In this document: one piece after another, positions 16,094 through 25,059 of the stretch
Numbering within the stretch: position 1 is the stretch's first letter
Layout: the number at the start of each line of letters is the position of its first letter
Source: Candidatus Pacearchaeota archaeon
Lineage (GTDB): Archaea > Nanobdellota > Nanobdellia > Pacearchaeales > UBA284
Assembly: GCA_026016245.1 (NCBI GenBank)
Contig: CP061211.1
Coordinates: 30,001-62,000, forward strand
Direction: 5' to 3'
DNA length: 32,000 bases
The notes under the pieces: generated by a model
What the model was told of the DNA's origin: nothing
Seen by the model: the letters and a program-made list of their open reading frames with translations, nothing else
The model's database searches: none
Position numbers and translations under genes: made by a program

Positions 16094-17455
16094 ATGAATC
16101 TTGGAAATTATGAGGCAGATAGGATAGGATATCTGAACAAATGCCACGAAACTGCCAAAATGTTATCTTACAGAGATTTAAGATTCTCCGCAGAAAGATT
16201 GGATATAAGGGATTTTGCTACCAGAGCAGGATCAATTCTTGAAGAAAGGAAAAAGTTAGAAGATTTAGTTAAAGAATTTCCAGAATTAGGGTGTTCTGTA
16301 AATGATCTTTTGGCGGAGGCAGAAAAGATGTGTATGGAAAAAAATAATTATATTAATCATGCTCCTTTTGAGTATTCTATACTTATGGAGGTAAAGGAGG
16401 AAAATGGAGACTCTTTAATTGAAGTTACACTTCCTATTTTTCTGAAAAGTAAAAAAAGAATGTTGCAAAAAAAATTAAATAGGGCCTTGCTTGGTGTTTT
16501 AGCTAAGAAAGATACTAATGATATAATCTCTGGAGATAATAAAAATCAATTTGTGAGTTATATTGTAAAATCTAAATCAAATTTAGTCTATGGGAGAGCT
16601 TTAGAAATTGCAGAGGAGTTAAAACAAAGACTAGATAGGCATCTTAAAAAAGAAAACCTGATATTAGAAAATATTTATTTTTTAAATAATGATTCAATTT
16701 CTAATTCAAAAAAGACGGGTGCTCTAGAAGAGAGAATACAAAAAACAGAAAGGGGAGTTGAGCAGGATTCTAGAGAGGAGACAGATGTCATAAAAATCAG
16801 GGGAGGTATGACTCAAAAAGAAATAAGTAGTATCTTAGGCATTAGCCAGTCTCTTTTGAGTAAGGTGACTAAAGAAAAATTCAAATCTCATTTAGTTAAG
16901 GGGCAAGGATATTCAAAAAAAATGTTGGATTATATTATAAAAAAAGCACAAGCTGGGATTTTTACAGAGGTTGAGGCAATGCAGAGAGTTGGTGACAATT
17001 TTGGAGAAATTAAAAGACAATTGAAAAAAGTAACTTATGACGGGACTTTATTTTATATTAAAAAAAGTTTAAGAAAAATTAAACTCAAGTCTGAACATAA
17101 AAAAATAAAACCTAAAGATGGAGATATTATTATTGAATCTGAAATTTCTAAAAAAGAATTCTTATCCCTTTTAGGATACAACCTAAATTATTTAAGTATT
17201 TTAAGAACAAAAAATAAAAAATATATGGAAAATATCCCTGCGTATGAAAAGAATCTTAAGGGTGCAACATTAACCTTTCTAATAACCCATGAACTTTTTG
17301 GAGTTCTAACTGAACATGATGCAATAGAAAAACTTGATGAGGATTTTGAAGAGTTTAAAGATAAGTTTGGGGGCTTAGTCTATAAAGGGCAAAAATATTA
17401 CATCAAAAAGAAAATCCGCCAATTTAAAAAATTAAAAAGAAAATTTAAAAAGTAG
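16094..17455 (+). CDS. Uncharacterised protein with central helix-turn-helix
   Basis: Open frame from GTG 16082, but ATG 16094 has a better spaced GGGG(AG) SD. Central HTH-like MTQKEISSILGISQSLLSKVTKEKF. N- and C-terminal regions not recognised. Confidence 0.65.
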   Translation: MNLGNYEADRIGYLNKCHETAKMLSYRDLRFSAERLDIRDFATRAGSILEERKKLEDLVKEFPELGCSVNDLLAEAEKMCMEKNNYINHAPFEYSILMEVKEENGDSLIEVTLPIFLKSKKRMLQKKLNRALLGVLAKKDTNDIISGDNKNQFVSYIVKSKSNLVYGRALEIAEELKQRLDRHLKKENLILENIYFLNNDSISNSKKTGALEERIQKTERGVEQDSREETDVIKIRGGMTQKEISSILGISQSLLSKVTKEKFKSHLVKGQGYSKKMLDYIIKKAQAGIFTEVEAMQRVGDNFGEIKRQLKKVTYDGTLFYIKKSLRKIKLKSEHKKIKPKDGDIIIESEISKKEFLSLLGYNLNYLSILRTKNKKYMENIPAYEKNLKGATLTFLITHELFGVLTEHDAIEKLDEDFEEFKDKFGGLVYKGQKYYIKKKIRQFKKLKRKFKK

Positions 17456-17473
17456 TCTTTTCTCTTATTTAAA

Positions 17474-18742
17474 ATGAACATCTATATTGAAACTTATGGA
17501 TGTAGTGCAAATCAGAGCGATGGAGAGATTATGAAAGGGCTGTTAAGCAGAAGTTTTTCTATTACTGAAAATGAGAAGTTAGCTAATATAATTATTCTGA
17601 ATACATGTATTGTTAAAGGTCCTACATTAAAGAGAATGGAATCAAGAATCAAACATTTTTCTAGGAAAAGATTGATTGTTAGTGGATGTATGCCTGAAGT
17701 TTTGTCTGAAAGAATAAGGAAACTTGCTCCTAAAGCAAGCATGATTAGTACACATCATGTCAAACAGATTGTTAAAGTTGTTAAGAATATTATTGAGGAT
17801 AAGAAAGTTGAATTAATTGGTAAAAAGAAAGAAGTAAAGTTGTGTATGCCCAAAATTCCAAAGAATAAAATTATAGGAATTACTCAATTAAGCAATGGTT
17901 GTCTAGGAAATTGTGCTTATTGCATTGTAAAAAATGTTAAAGGAAATTTGTTTTCATATCCTCAAGATAAGATTTTGAAAGATATTAAGCAGAATTTAAG
18001 AGCTGGATGCAAGGAAATATGGTTAACAAGCCAGGATAATGCTGCTTATGGTTTAGATAATGGAAAAAATGAACTTCCTATATTATTGAAGAAAATATTA
18101 TTTCTAAAGAATAGGTTTTTTATTCGTTTGGGTATGATGAATCCTTCTACTTTATTGCCTGTAGTTAATGAAATTATTGATTGTTATAAAAATAAGAAGA
18201 TGTTTAAGTTTTTACATCTGCCTGTTCAGAGTGGAAGTGATAAAATTTTGAAATTAATGAATAGAGGCTATAGAGTTAAAGATTTTATTAAGATTGTTGA
18301 AAAATTTAAGAGAGAGATTCCTGACCTGACTTTGAGCACAGATATTATTGTTGGTTTTCCTTCTGAGAGTAAAGAGGATTTTGAAAAAACCTTGGCTTTA
18401 GTGAAAAAAATTAAGCCAGATATAATTAATATTAGTAAGTATTGGCCAATGCCTAGAACTTCTGCTTCTGAGATGAAACAGTTGGATGAGAAGGAGAAAA
18501 AGAAAAGGGCTTTTAGATTAATGAAATTGCATCAGAAAATTGCTCTTGAGAAAAATGAGAAGCTTGTTGGAAAGAGAATCAGGATTTTTGTTGATGCTAA
18601 GGGTTTTGATGATACTTGGCTTGCTAGAACAATGAATTATAAGGTTGTAGTGTTAAAGGGAAAAAAATTACTTGGCAGAGTTGTGGATATTGAAATTAGA
18701 AAAGTAACTAGCCATTATCTTATGGGGGTTTTGTTAGAGTAA
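17474..18742 (+). CDS. MiaB-like tRNA methylthiotransferase (archaeal/eukaryal CDKAL1-type)
   Basis: N-term YIETYGCSANQSDGE, LNTCIVKG, VSGCMPE (three-Cys auxiliary cluster). Radical SAM CLGNCAYC. PVQSGSDKILKLMNRGY. Confidence 0.93.
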   Translation: MNIYIETYGCSANQSDGEIMKGLLSRSFSITENEKLANIIILNTCIVKGPTLKRMESRIKHFSRKRLIVSGCMPEVLSERIRKLAPKASMISTHHVKQIVKVVKNIIEDKKVELIGKKKEVKLCMPKIPKNKIIGITQLSNGCLGNCAYCIVKNVKGNLFSYPQDKILKDIKQNLRAGCKEIWLTSQDNAAYGLDNGKNELPILLKKILFLKNRFFIRLGMMNPSTLLPVVNEIIDCYKNKKMFKFLHLPVQSGSDKILKLMNRGYRVKDFIKIVEKFKREIPDLTLSTDIIVGFPSESKEDFEKTLALVKKIKPDIINISKYWPMPRTSASEMKQLDEKEKKKRAFRLMKLHQKIALEKNEKLVGKRIRIFVDAKGFDDTWLARTMNYKVVVLKGKKLLGRVVDIEIRKVTSHYLMGVLLE

Positions 18743-18750
18743 TTTAGTAA

Positions 18751-18760
18751 TATTTATAAA
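18751..18760 (+). promoter_or_regulatory. TATA box TATTTATAAA upstream of leaderless acetyltransferase gene
   Basis: About 22-31 nt upstream of ATG 18782; no SD present. Confidence 0.5.
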
Positions 18761-18781
18761 TTTCTTAAGCCTTTTTATTTT

Positions 18782-19429
18782 ATGATAATACAACTTCATA
18801 AAGAAGATTTAAAAAGCGTTATGAAATTAGAAAGAAATTCTTGGATTCCTTTTCTACAAGCAGATGAAAAGACTATTCTAAAAAGATTTGATTTAGGGCA
18901 TATTATGCTTGGAGCACAAGAAGATAGTGATTTGGTTGGAATGATATCTTTTTCATATTCTAATTTTTCTCCAGATGATTATCCAAGTTTTCCAAAAACA
19001 TTTAGAGAATTTTCATCACAACCGATTTTAAAAAATTATAATACAGCATTTTGCTATAACTTAGCAATACTTCCTGACAAGAGGGGATATAGGTATGCCT
19101 CCTTACTAATAAGAGCTGGATGGGACAAAGCAAAAAAGGATGGGTGTATGTATGGTGTAGCAGATGGTAGATGTTCTTCATATAATGGAAGCTCTGAATT
19201 TGAGCAAGAACAGATTAAACAGAATACTGAATTTAAAAAAATAATTGATAGGTACTTAAAAGAAGGAATATTTCCTCAACAGAAAGAATTTTTGAAAGAC
19301 CCTACACTTGCGTTTTATCATAGGGTGACAGGTTGTAAATTCTTATGGTTAATCCCTAACTTTTTGCCAGAAGACAAACCTGCGGGAGGATTAAGGGTAA
19401 TATCCTATAAAAATATTTTAGAAAAATAA
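18782..19429 (+). CDS. GNAT-family N-acetyltransferase-like protein
   Basis: CYNLAILPDKRGYRYASLLIRAGWDKAKKDGCMYGVADGR resembles GNAT motifs B/A. Confidence 0.65.
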   Translation: MIIQLHKEDLKSVMKLERNSWIPFLQADEKTILKRFDLGHIMLGAQEDSDLVGMISFSYSNFSPDDYPSFPKTFREFSSQPILKNYNTAFCYNLAILPDKRGYRYASLLIRAGWDKAKKDGCMYGVADGRCSSYNGSSEFEQEQIKQNTEFKKIIDRYLKEGIFPQQKEFLKDPTLAFYHRVTGCKFLWLIPNFLPEDKPAGGLRVISYKNILEK

Positions 19430-19430
19430 A

Positions 19431-20156
19431 ATGATTTCATTATCTAGAGAATGGATTTCTGTATCTAAAGCAATATATGGTCAAGAATTTATAGATGAAT
19501 TAGCTGAATTTTTAAGACAACAAAAGGTTAAAATAATTCTTGAATGTGGTTGTGGTGGTGGGCATATTCTACATGGTCTTGTAAACAAAGGATTTTATGG
19601 TTTAGGAATTGATTCAAATAAGGAAATGATTAATCATGCATTAAGAAATTATAAGAATCTAAATATAAAATATAAACAAATGAATTGGTTAAATATAGAT
19701 GAATTAAAAGAAAATTTTGATGCAGTTATATGTCGAGGGAATAGCCTGGTTTTTGTGACTAGCTGGGAAAAGAAAAAACAAGATTTTGATCCAAACGTTG
19801 CAAAAGATTGTCTAGTTAAAAGTATAAATAAATTTTTTGAAAAAATTAGAGATGGTGGTTTACTCTATGTGGATACAATTTCTCAAATAGAAATCAATAA
19901 TAATGGTGGGCCAATTGAATTTAAAACAGAAAAAATACAATTAAAAGGAAAAATAGAATACGATTGGAAGAGGAGAATAAGATATATTTATGGTGGTGGT
20001 AAAGTAAATGGGAAAGAATTTTATGGAAGTTCAACTAGTTATTTGATAACACCGAAAGAACTAGAGGATATCATTAAGACTTTTAATCCCTCCGCTATTT
20101 GGACGCCAGAACTAGTGCATGAAAAAGATTATCATGTAATTTGTGCAAGAAAATAA
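19431..20156 (+). CDS. Class I SAM-dependent methyltransferase
   Basis: Motif I ILECGCGGGHILHGLVNKGFYGLGID, NFDAVICRGNSL, GGLLYVDT. Starts 1 nt after the preceding stop. Confidence 0.85.
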   Translation: MISLSREWISVSKAIYGQEFIDELAEFLRQQKVKIILECGCGGGHILHGLVNKGFYGLGIDSNKEMINHALRNYKNLNIKYKQMNWLNIDELKENFDAVICRGNSLVFVTSWEKKKQDFDPNVAKDCLVKSINKFFEKIRDGGLLYVDTISQIEINNNGGPIEFKTEKIQLKGKIEYDWKRRIRYIYGGGKVNGKEFYGSSTSYLITPKELEDIIKTFNPSAIWTPELVHEKDYHVICARK

Positions 20157-20229
20157 TAATAAAATAAAAAAATAGGAAAAGGAAAAATCCTCTTTCTTCT
20201 ACCTCTTTTTTTGTTCTCAAGCAGCCTGT

Positions 20230-21048
20230 TTATCTTATTTTTATCTTACTTAGTGGTTTCATTGTTGCCCAACTTGTCTGGAAGATCTGTCCTAGTGCGT
20301 TGGTAAAGAAAGGACTGTTAATCCATATTCCAACATCATAATTTGGATGCACTTCCTCATCATCTAGGATCATAAACATCATCTCTTTGTTGTCCATAAA
20401 TGCAAATCTTGCTTTGAACTTGCCATTTTTGATCTCTGCCACTTTGCTTAGGTCTTTGGCGACTTTGTAGTTCTTTGGGGTTATTGGTGCAGCTATCTGA
20501 ATTTTTACACCTTTTTTCTTCGCTTTTTCCATTGCTGTCTTTAATGATTCAAATTTTCTGTTTAAGCCATCTGCACTTGTCACGATTGTTACATTCTTGC
20601 TGGCATTCCTAATCATCATATCAAGATGATTGTAGATGTTATGCCTTCCTCTTATTGCTCCACTTAAGTCTGTAGGTTCAATGTATTTTATTCCGTTTGT
20701 GTAAAGATTACCTAGTTCAGAAAGAACATCGCTTTCTTTTAACTCATCCAATCTTTTTGATGTTGACTGTGCATTCCTCATAACATTCCTCTTAACTCTC
20801 TCCACTACTTCAGTTGGTTTTAGAGCCACGAACTTAATTGGTTTTCCTAGTTTTAGTACAACAAAACCTTTTTTTTCTAAAGATTCAAGAATGTCATATG
20901 TTCTACTTCTTGGAACACTGCTTATATCACTCAACTCACCTGCTGTGCTTACCCCTCTTGATAACAATGCAGTCCATACTTTTACTTCATAGAGATTCAA
21001 ACCAAAAATCTTCCTAAGTCTGCTTAAAAACTCGTCCTTAACAATCAT
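20230..21048 (-). CDS. TrmB family transcriptional regulator
   Basis: FGLNLYEVKVWTALLSRGVSTAGELSDISSVPRSRTYDILESLEKKGFV is the TrmB winged HTH. C-terminal PLD-like half VTIVTSADGLNRKFE... Confidence 0.88.
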   Translation of the reverse strand: MIVKDEFLSRLRKIFGLNLYEVKVWTALLSRGVSTAGELSDISSVPRSRTYDILESLEKKGFVVLKLGKPIKFVALKPTEVVERVKRNVMRNAQSTSKRLDELKESDVLSELGNLYTNGIKYIEPTDLSGAIRGRHNIYNHLDMMIRNASKNVTIVTSADGLNRKFESLKTAMEKAKKKGVKIQIAAPITPKNYKVAKDLSKVAEIKNGKFKARFAFMDNKEMMFMILDDEEVHPNYDVGIWINSPFFTNALGQIFQTSWATMKPLSKIKIR

Positions 21049-21122
21049 TTTATTTACTTATGTATAGTAAACTTATTGTTCTTAATATAAAGTAGTATTT
21101 AAAGTTTTCTGTGTTAATTCAC

Positions 21123-23972
21123 TTATTTTAAGACGCTGAAAGCTATCTTTATCGTCTGTTTTTTAATTTTAGTTTTATATCCATGTTTTTTCTTTTCTTT
21201 TACCTCTTTTCCTAGTGTAAGTTTTGAAGCATTAACCCTCTCCTTAACAAAACTCTCAAATTTTTTGACATATTCTTGAATTTTTTTCTCGCAATCTATT
21301 GTCAAGGAAATTTTTTGTTCCTTTTTCAAGCCAGCTTTTTTTCTTGCTCCCTGAATAAATCTTGTTATTTCTCTGACATAGCCCTCTGCTTCAAGTTCAG
21401 AAGTAATTTTTGTATCCAGAGTTACTTCTAGAATTTTTTTCTCACCTACTTTTTTCTTTATATTTATTTTTTTAATATTAGTTTGTTTTAGAATTACATT
21501 ATTGAATTGCGGATTTAATTTTTGGTTTGTTTCTACTGTCAAATTTGCAAGAGGCCATCTGATACCCCTAGCTTTTTCAGATCTTGCTGCCAAAGTTTTT
21601 TCAATAATTTCCTGAGCTAAAGCAAAATCTTGTTCAAGCTTGCTATTCATTATTTTTTTATTTTCTTTAGGCCAGGAATGAAGATGAATAGATTCTTCCT
21701 TTAGTTTGAATTTTGTTTTTAATTCCTGATATAGAGATTCTGTTATGAATGGGCAGATTGGAGCAAGAAGTTTTAATAGCTCTGTATAAACATAATATAT
21801 CACACTGAGTGTTTTTTCATTTTTTTCACTTATTTTGTCTCTTACAAATTGGATATACCCCCTACTAAAATCATTAAGCCAGAAGTCTATCAGTGTTTTT
21901 GTTGCAGTGTGTGGATGTAAATTATCTAATTCTTGTGTCATTTTTTTTATTATTGTATTTAATCTTGATAAAATCCACTTATCTTCTATGTTTTCTGTTT
22001 TTAATTGCTGTATTTTATTTGATTCTAAAACAAGCCTACTTATGTTCCAGAAAATATTTAATGCGCGACTGGAATCTTTTGTGCTGTTCCAGCCAAACCA
22101 TAATTCTGCTGTAGGATCTTGCGAGCAGAATACAAGCCTTAAAGGATCTGCCCCAAGTTTTTCAAGAGCTTCCTTAGCCCAGATAGCATTTCCCAAAGAT
22201 TTATGCATTTCTTTTCCTTTTTCATCTTTTAATGTTTCATAACCCATTATTGATTTATAAGGAGTTTTTCCAGTCAAGGTCACAGATGCCCAGAATAATG
22301 CATTAAACCATCCACGGTACTGGCCAGGCATATTTTCACAGATAAAGTCTGGGGGGAACCACTTTTCCCACTCTTTCCGGTTTGTTAGATAACCTATTGT
22401 TGAGAAAGGAACTATGCCGGCATCTAACCAAGCGTCACCAACATCAGGAACTCTTTTCATTTCTCTACCACATTTAGGACATTTTAGAATCACATTATCA
22501 ACCCATGGCCTATGTATTTCTTTTAACTGCTTTATTCCTTTTATTGCTTTCTTTTTTAATTCTTCTAAAGACCCTATAACCTCCAAAAAGTTGCATTTTT
22601 CACATTCCCAGAATGGAAGAGGCAAACCATAATATCTTTTTCTAGAGATCAGCCAATCAGACATAGCATCAAACCAGTCTTCCTGCCTTTTCTTTCCATA
22701 TTCAGGGAACCACTTAATTTTTTTATTCTCTTTTTTTAGTTTCTCTCTAATTTCATCAGCTTTGATATACCACTCATCCACAAGTCTAAAAACAAGTTCC
22801 TCTCCACACCTCCAGCAATGAGGATATCTATGAAAATAAGATTCAATCTTGTAGATAAAACCTCTTTTTTCCATATCTTTTAACACGAGTTTGTTTACTT
22901 CTGAATAAGATTTTCCACTAAAAGCTTGCCAGTTTTCTAGATAAACTCCTGCCTGGTCAAGAGGAGAGACTGCAGGAAGATTTTCTTTTTTTCCTAAATC
23001 ATAATCCTCTGCTCCACAGCCAGGAGCAATGTGAACAATGCCCGTGCCTTCTTCTTCTGATGCAAGCCCCCAGGATAGCACAATGAAAGGTGACTTTGCT
23101 TTTTTTTGTTCAGGTAATTCAGAATAAGGCATTTCATATCTCATTCCTACTAATTCTTTTCCTAGTTTTTCTTCTATAATCTTATAATCTTTTTTAAGAA
23201 TATTCTCTACTTGGCTCTTGACTAGCCAGTATTTTTTCCCTTTATATTCTACTTTAGCATACATTAGGTTAGGATTGACTGCAATAGCAACATTTGCAGG
23301 AACTGTCCAGGGAGTTGTTGTGAATATTAAGAAGTATTTATCTTTCTTGCCTTTCACAGGAAATCTCATGAATAATGCTGTATGTTTAACTTCTTTATAG
23401 CCTGCTGTAACAATATCGTGTTTTGAACTTGCTGTACCACACCTAGGGCACCAAGGGACAGCATCCTTACCTTTATACAGCCAACCTTTCTTGTAATATT
23501 CTTTCAGAAGATGCCAATTATGCAGGTTATTTTCATCAGTATTTGTATAGTAAGAATTATCCCAATCCATCCACTGCCCAAGTCTTATAGAATCCTCTGT
23601 CTGGAGTTTAGCAAATTTTCTTGTTCTAGCCTTGCATCTTTCTGCAAATTTTAAAACTCCAAACTTCTCAATATCCTCTTTTCTCTTGAATCCGAGATCT
23701 TTTTCCTCCTCTCTTTCAATCCAAAGCCCTTGGCAATCAAATCCATTTTGGAATCTTTGGTCATAGCCCTGCATTGCCTTGAATCTCTGGAACAAGTCTT
23801 TGTAAGTTCTACCCCAAGCATGATGCACCCCCATCGGATTATTAGCTGTTATAGGGCCATCTAGAAAAGAAAATCTTTTATTACCTTTATTTTTCTGTCT
23901 AAGTTTTTCAAATATCTTCTTCTCTTTCCAAAACTTCAATATTTGTGGTTCTGTGGATATAGGATTGTACAT
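21123..23972 (-). CDS. ileS: Isoleucyl-tRNA synthetase (GVHH/EMHKS variant)
   Basis: 949 aa class I synthetase. DGPITANNPMGVHHAWGRTYKD, ...CQGLWIEREEEKDLG, TTTPWTVPANVAIAVNP (editing domain), PGQYRGWFNALFWASV, GYETLKDEKGKEMHKSLGN, anticodon-binding and C-terminal domain. Confidence 0.88.
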   Translation of the reverse strand: MYNPISTEPQILKFWKEKKIFEKLRQKNKGNKRFSFLDGPITANNPMGVHHAWGRTYKDLFQRFKAMQGYDQRFQNGFDCQGLWIEREEEKDLGFKRKEDIEKFGVLKFAERCKARTRKFAKLQTEDSIRLGQWMDWDNSYYTNTDENNLHNWHLLKEYYKKGWLYKGKDAVPWCPRCGTASSKHDIVTAGYKEVKHTALFMRFPVKGKKDKYFLIFTTTPWTVPANVAIAVNPNLMYAKVEYKGKKYWLVKSQVENILKKDYKIIEEKLGKELVGMRYEMPYSELPEQKKAKSPFIVLSWGLASEEEGTGIVHIAPGCGAEDYDLGKKENLPAVSPLDQAGVYLENWQAFSGKSYSEVNKLVLKDMEKRGFIYKIESYFHRYPHCWRCGEELVFRLVDEWYIKADEIREKLKKENKKIKWFPEYGKKRQEDWFDAMSDWLISRKRYYGLPLPFWECEKCNFLEVIGSLEELKKKAIKGIKQLKEIHRPWVDNVILKCPKCGREMKRVPDVGDAWLDAGIVPFSTIGYLTNRKEWEKWFPPDFICENMPGQYRGWFNALFWASVTLTGKTPYKSIMGYETLKDEKGKEMHKSLGNAIWAKEALEKLGADPLRLVFCSQDPTAELWFGWNSTKDSSRALNIFWNISRLVLESNKIQQLKTENIEDKWILSRLNTIIKKMTQELDNLHPHTATKTLIDFWLNDFSRGYIQFVRDKISEKNEKTLSVIYYVYTELLKLLAPICPFITESLYQELKTKFKLKEESIHLHSWPKENKKIMNSKLEQDFALAQEIIEKTLAARSEKARGIRWPLANLTVETNQKLNPQFNNVILKQTNIKKINIKKKVGEKKILEVTLDTKITSELEAEGYVREITRFIQGARKKAGLKKEQKISLTIDCEKKIQEYVKKFESFVKERVNASKLTLGKEVKEKKKHGYKTKIKKQTIKIAFSVLK

Positions 23973-24042
23973 AATAATTCCATGGTTAAATATCTTTTAA
24001 ACTTTTTTGTTAATAAAAAGAAAAAGAGAATATAAACATTAT

Positions 24043-24300
24043 TTACATCAATTCCTCATCCTCTTCTTGGCCCCAGTCATCAAATTCTTCTTGCTCTTCC
24101 CCTACTTCATTACCAAATATACTTTCTTCTTTTTTAGCCCAAGGCTTATCTGTTTCTTCAGATTCTTCAAGACTATCTTTTTTTTCCTTAAACCCTTTCT
24201 TTTCAACTTTAGCTACTTTTATTTTTCTCTTACTTGCTTTTGCTTTCTTTATCTTTGTTTTTCTTGCCTTTCTTGCTCTTGTTTTTTTCTTTCTTGGCAT
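24043..24300 (-). CDS. Small bipolar protein: basic N-terminal, acidic C-terminal
   Basis: 85 aa, SD-like gaggt upstream (cttagaggtaagATG), TATA-like ATTTATAAA (minus) at 24344..24352. Confidence 0.55.
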   Translation of the reverse strand: MPRKKKTRARKARKTKIKKAKASKRKIKVAKVEKKGFKEKKDSLEESEETDKPWAKKEESIFGNEVGEEQEEFDDWGQEEDEELM

Positions 24301-24343
24301 CTTACCTCTAAGAATTTAACTTAAAAAATAGTGAGAAAAGGTA

Positions 24344-24352
24344 TTTATAAAT
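24344..24352 (-). promoter_or_regulatory. TATA box for small ORF 24043..24300
   Basis: ATTTATAAA on the minus strand, about 45 nt 5' of the start. Confidence 0.5.
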
Positions 24353-24436
24353 TTTACTATGGCTAATTTAATCATTATGAAAAGAAAAAAATAAATAAGT
24401 AAAAATAAATAAAATAAAAATTCAAATTAATTTCCC

Positions 24437-24931
24437 TTAACTTTTAGTGTTAAAAATTTCAGTTGGTGTTAGTAATGAGATCGCTGCTTTATCACTAACA
24501 ATTTCCACTTTAATGATCTTATCTGGATTCTTTAGATCAACTTTCTGTTTGTCCACTACCTCTGTTAACTTGATGATTATGTCTTTAGGATATTTCTGAG
24601 TCACTTTTCTTTTTGCTAGATCCATCTTCCATTTCTCTTCTGGTTTTATTCCTTCTTGTATTTTCTTTATACAATTCTGTATGTCTTCTAGAGATGAACC
24701 GCACCACTCATCAACAGGCCACCAGTAAAAAGTGTATTTGAATTTTGCTTTGTCAATGTTTGACAATGCCTTTATTACTTCTCTAGGATTGTCTGCTTCA
24801 AGCTCTGCTAATCCATCCTCTACTTTTTCTATTTTTAATCCCTTATCTACCTCTTTTGCAATTGCCTCTATTTCTGCTTTTACAGATTCTTCATGTACAG
24901 GATCAAAAGTAACCAATAAATTTGACTCCAT
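24437..24931 (-). CDS. THUMP-domain protein, Tan1-like
   Basis: NLLVTFDPVHEESVKAEIEAIAKEV...IIKVEIVSDKAAISLLTPTEIFNTKS matches THUMP architecture. Strong SD GGAGGTG upstream. Confidence 0.7.
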   Translation of the reverse strand: MESNLLVTFDPVHEESVKAEIEAIAKEVDKGLKIEKVEDGLAELEADNPREVIKALSNIDKAKFKYTFYWWPVDEWCGSSLEDIQNCIKKIQEGIKPEEKWKMDLAKRKVTQKYPKDIIIKLTEVVDKQKVDLKNPDKIIKVEIVSDKAAISLLTPTEIFNTKS

Positions 24932-25030
24932 TTACACCTCCTATTCAGAAAAATAGAGAATGCTATAAATAACTTTCTGTGAGCAAAAGAGGAAATCGTT
25001 GTCACTTAAAAGTAGATAGTGAACGAAAAC

Positions 25031-25040
25031 TTTATAAATA
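25031..25040 (+). promoter_or_regulatory. TATA box TTTATAAATA
   Basis: About 20-29 nt upstream of ATG 25060, and inside the longer GTG-started ORF proposed by the track. Confidence 0.65.
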
Positions 25041-25059
25041 CAAAAAGCATTGGAAAAAT

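Noticed and set aside
20168-20220. Possible intrinsic terminator/RNA hairpin (gaaaaggaaaaatcctctttc followed by T run)
   Set aside because: Weak imperfect stem between convergent genes; compatible with a poly-U terminator but not strong enough to list as a feature or RNA gene.
21835-23400. Plus-strand ORFs within ileS
   Set aside because: Antisense to a clearly conserved synthetase; no independent support.
24007-24324. Plus-strand 105-aa Phe/Leu/Ser-rich ORF that looks like a membrane protein
   Set aside because: It is the antisense of the Lys/Glu-rich small protein (AAG/AAA reading as F/L); the minus-strand ORF has SD and TATA.
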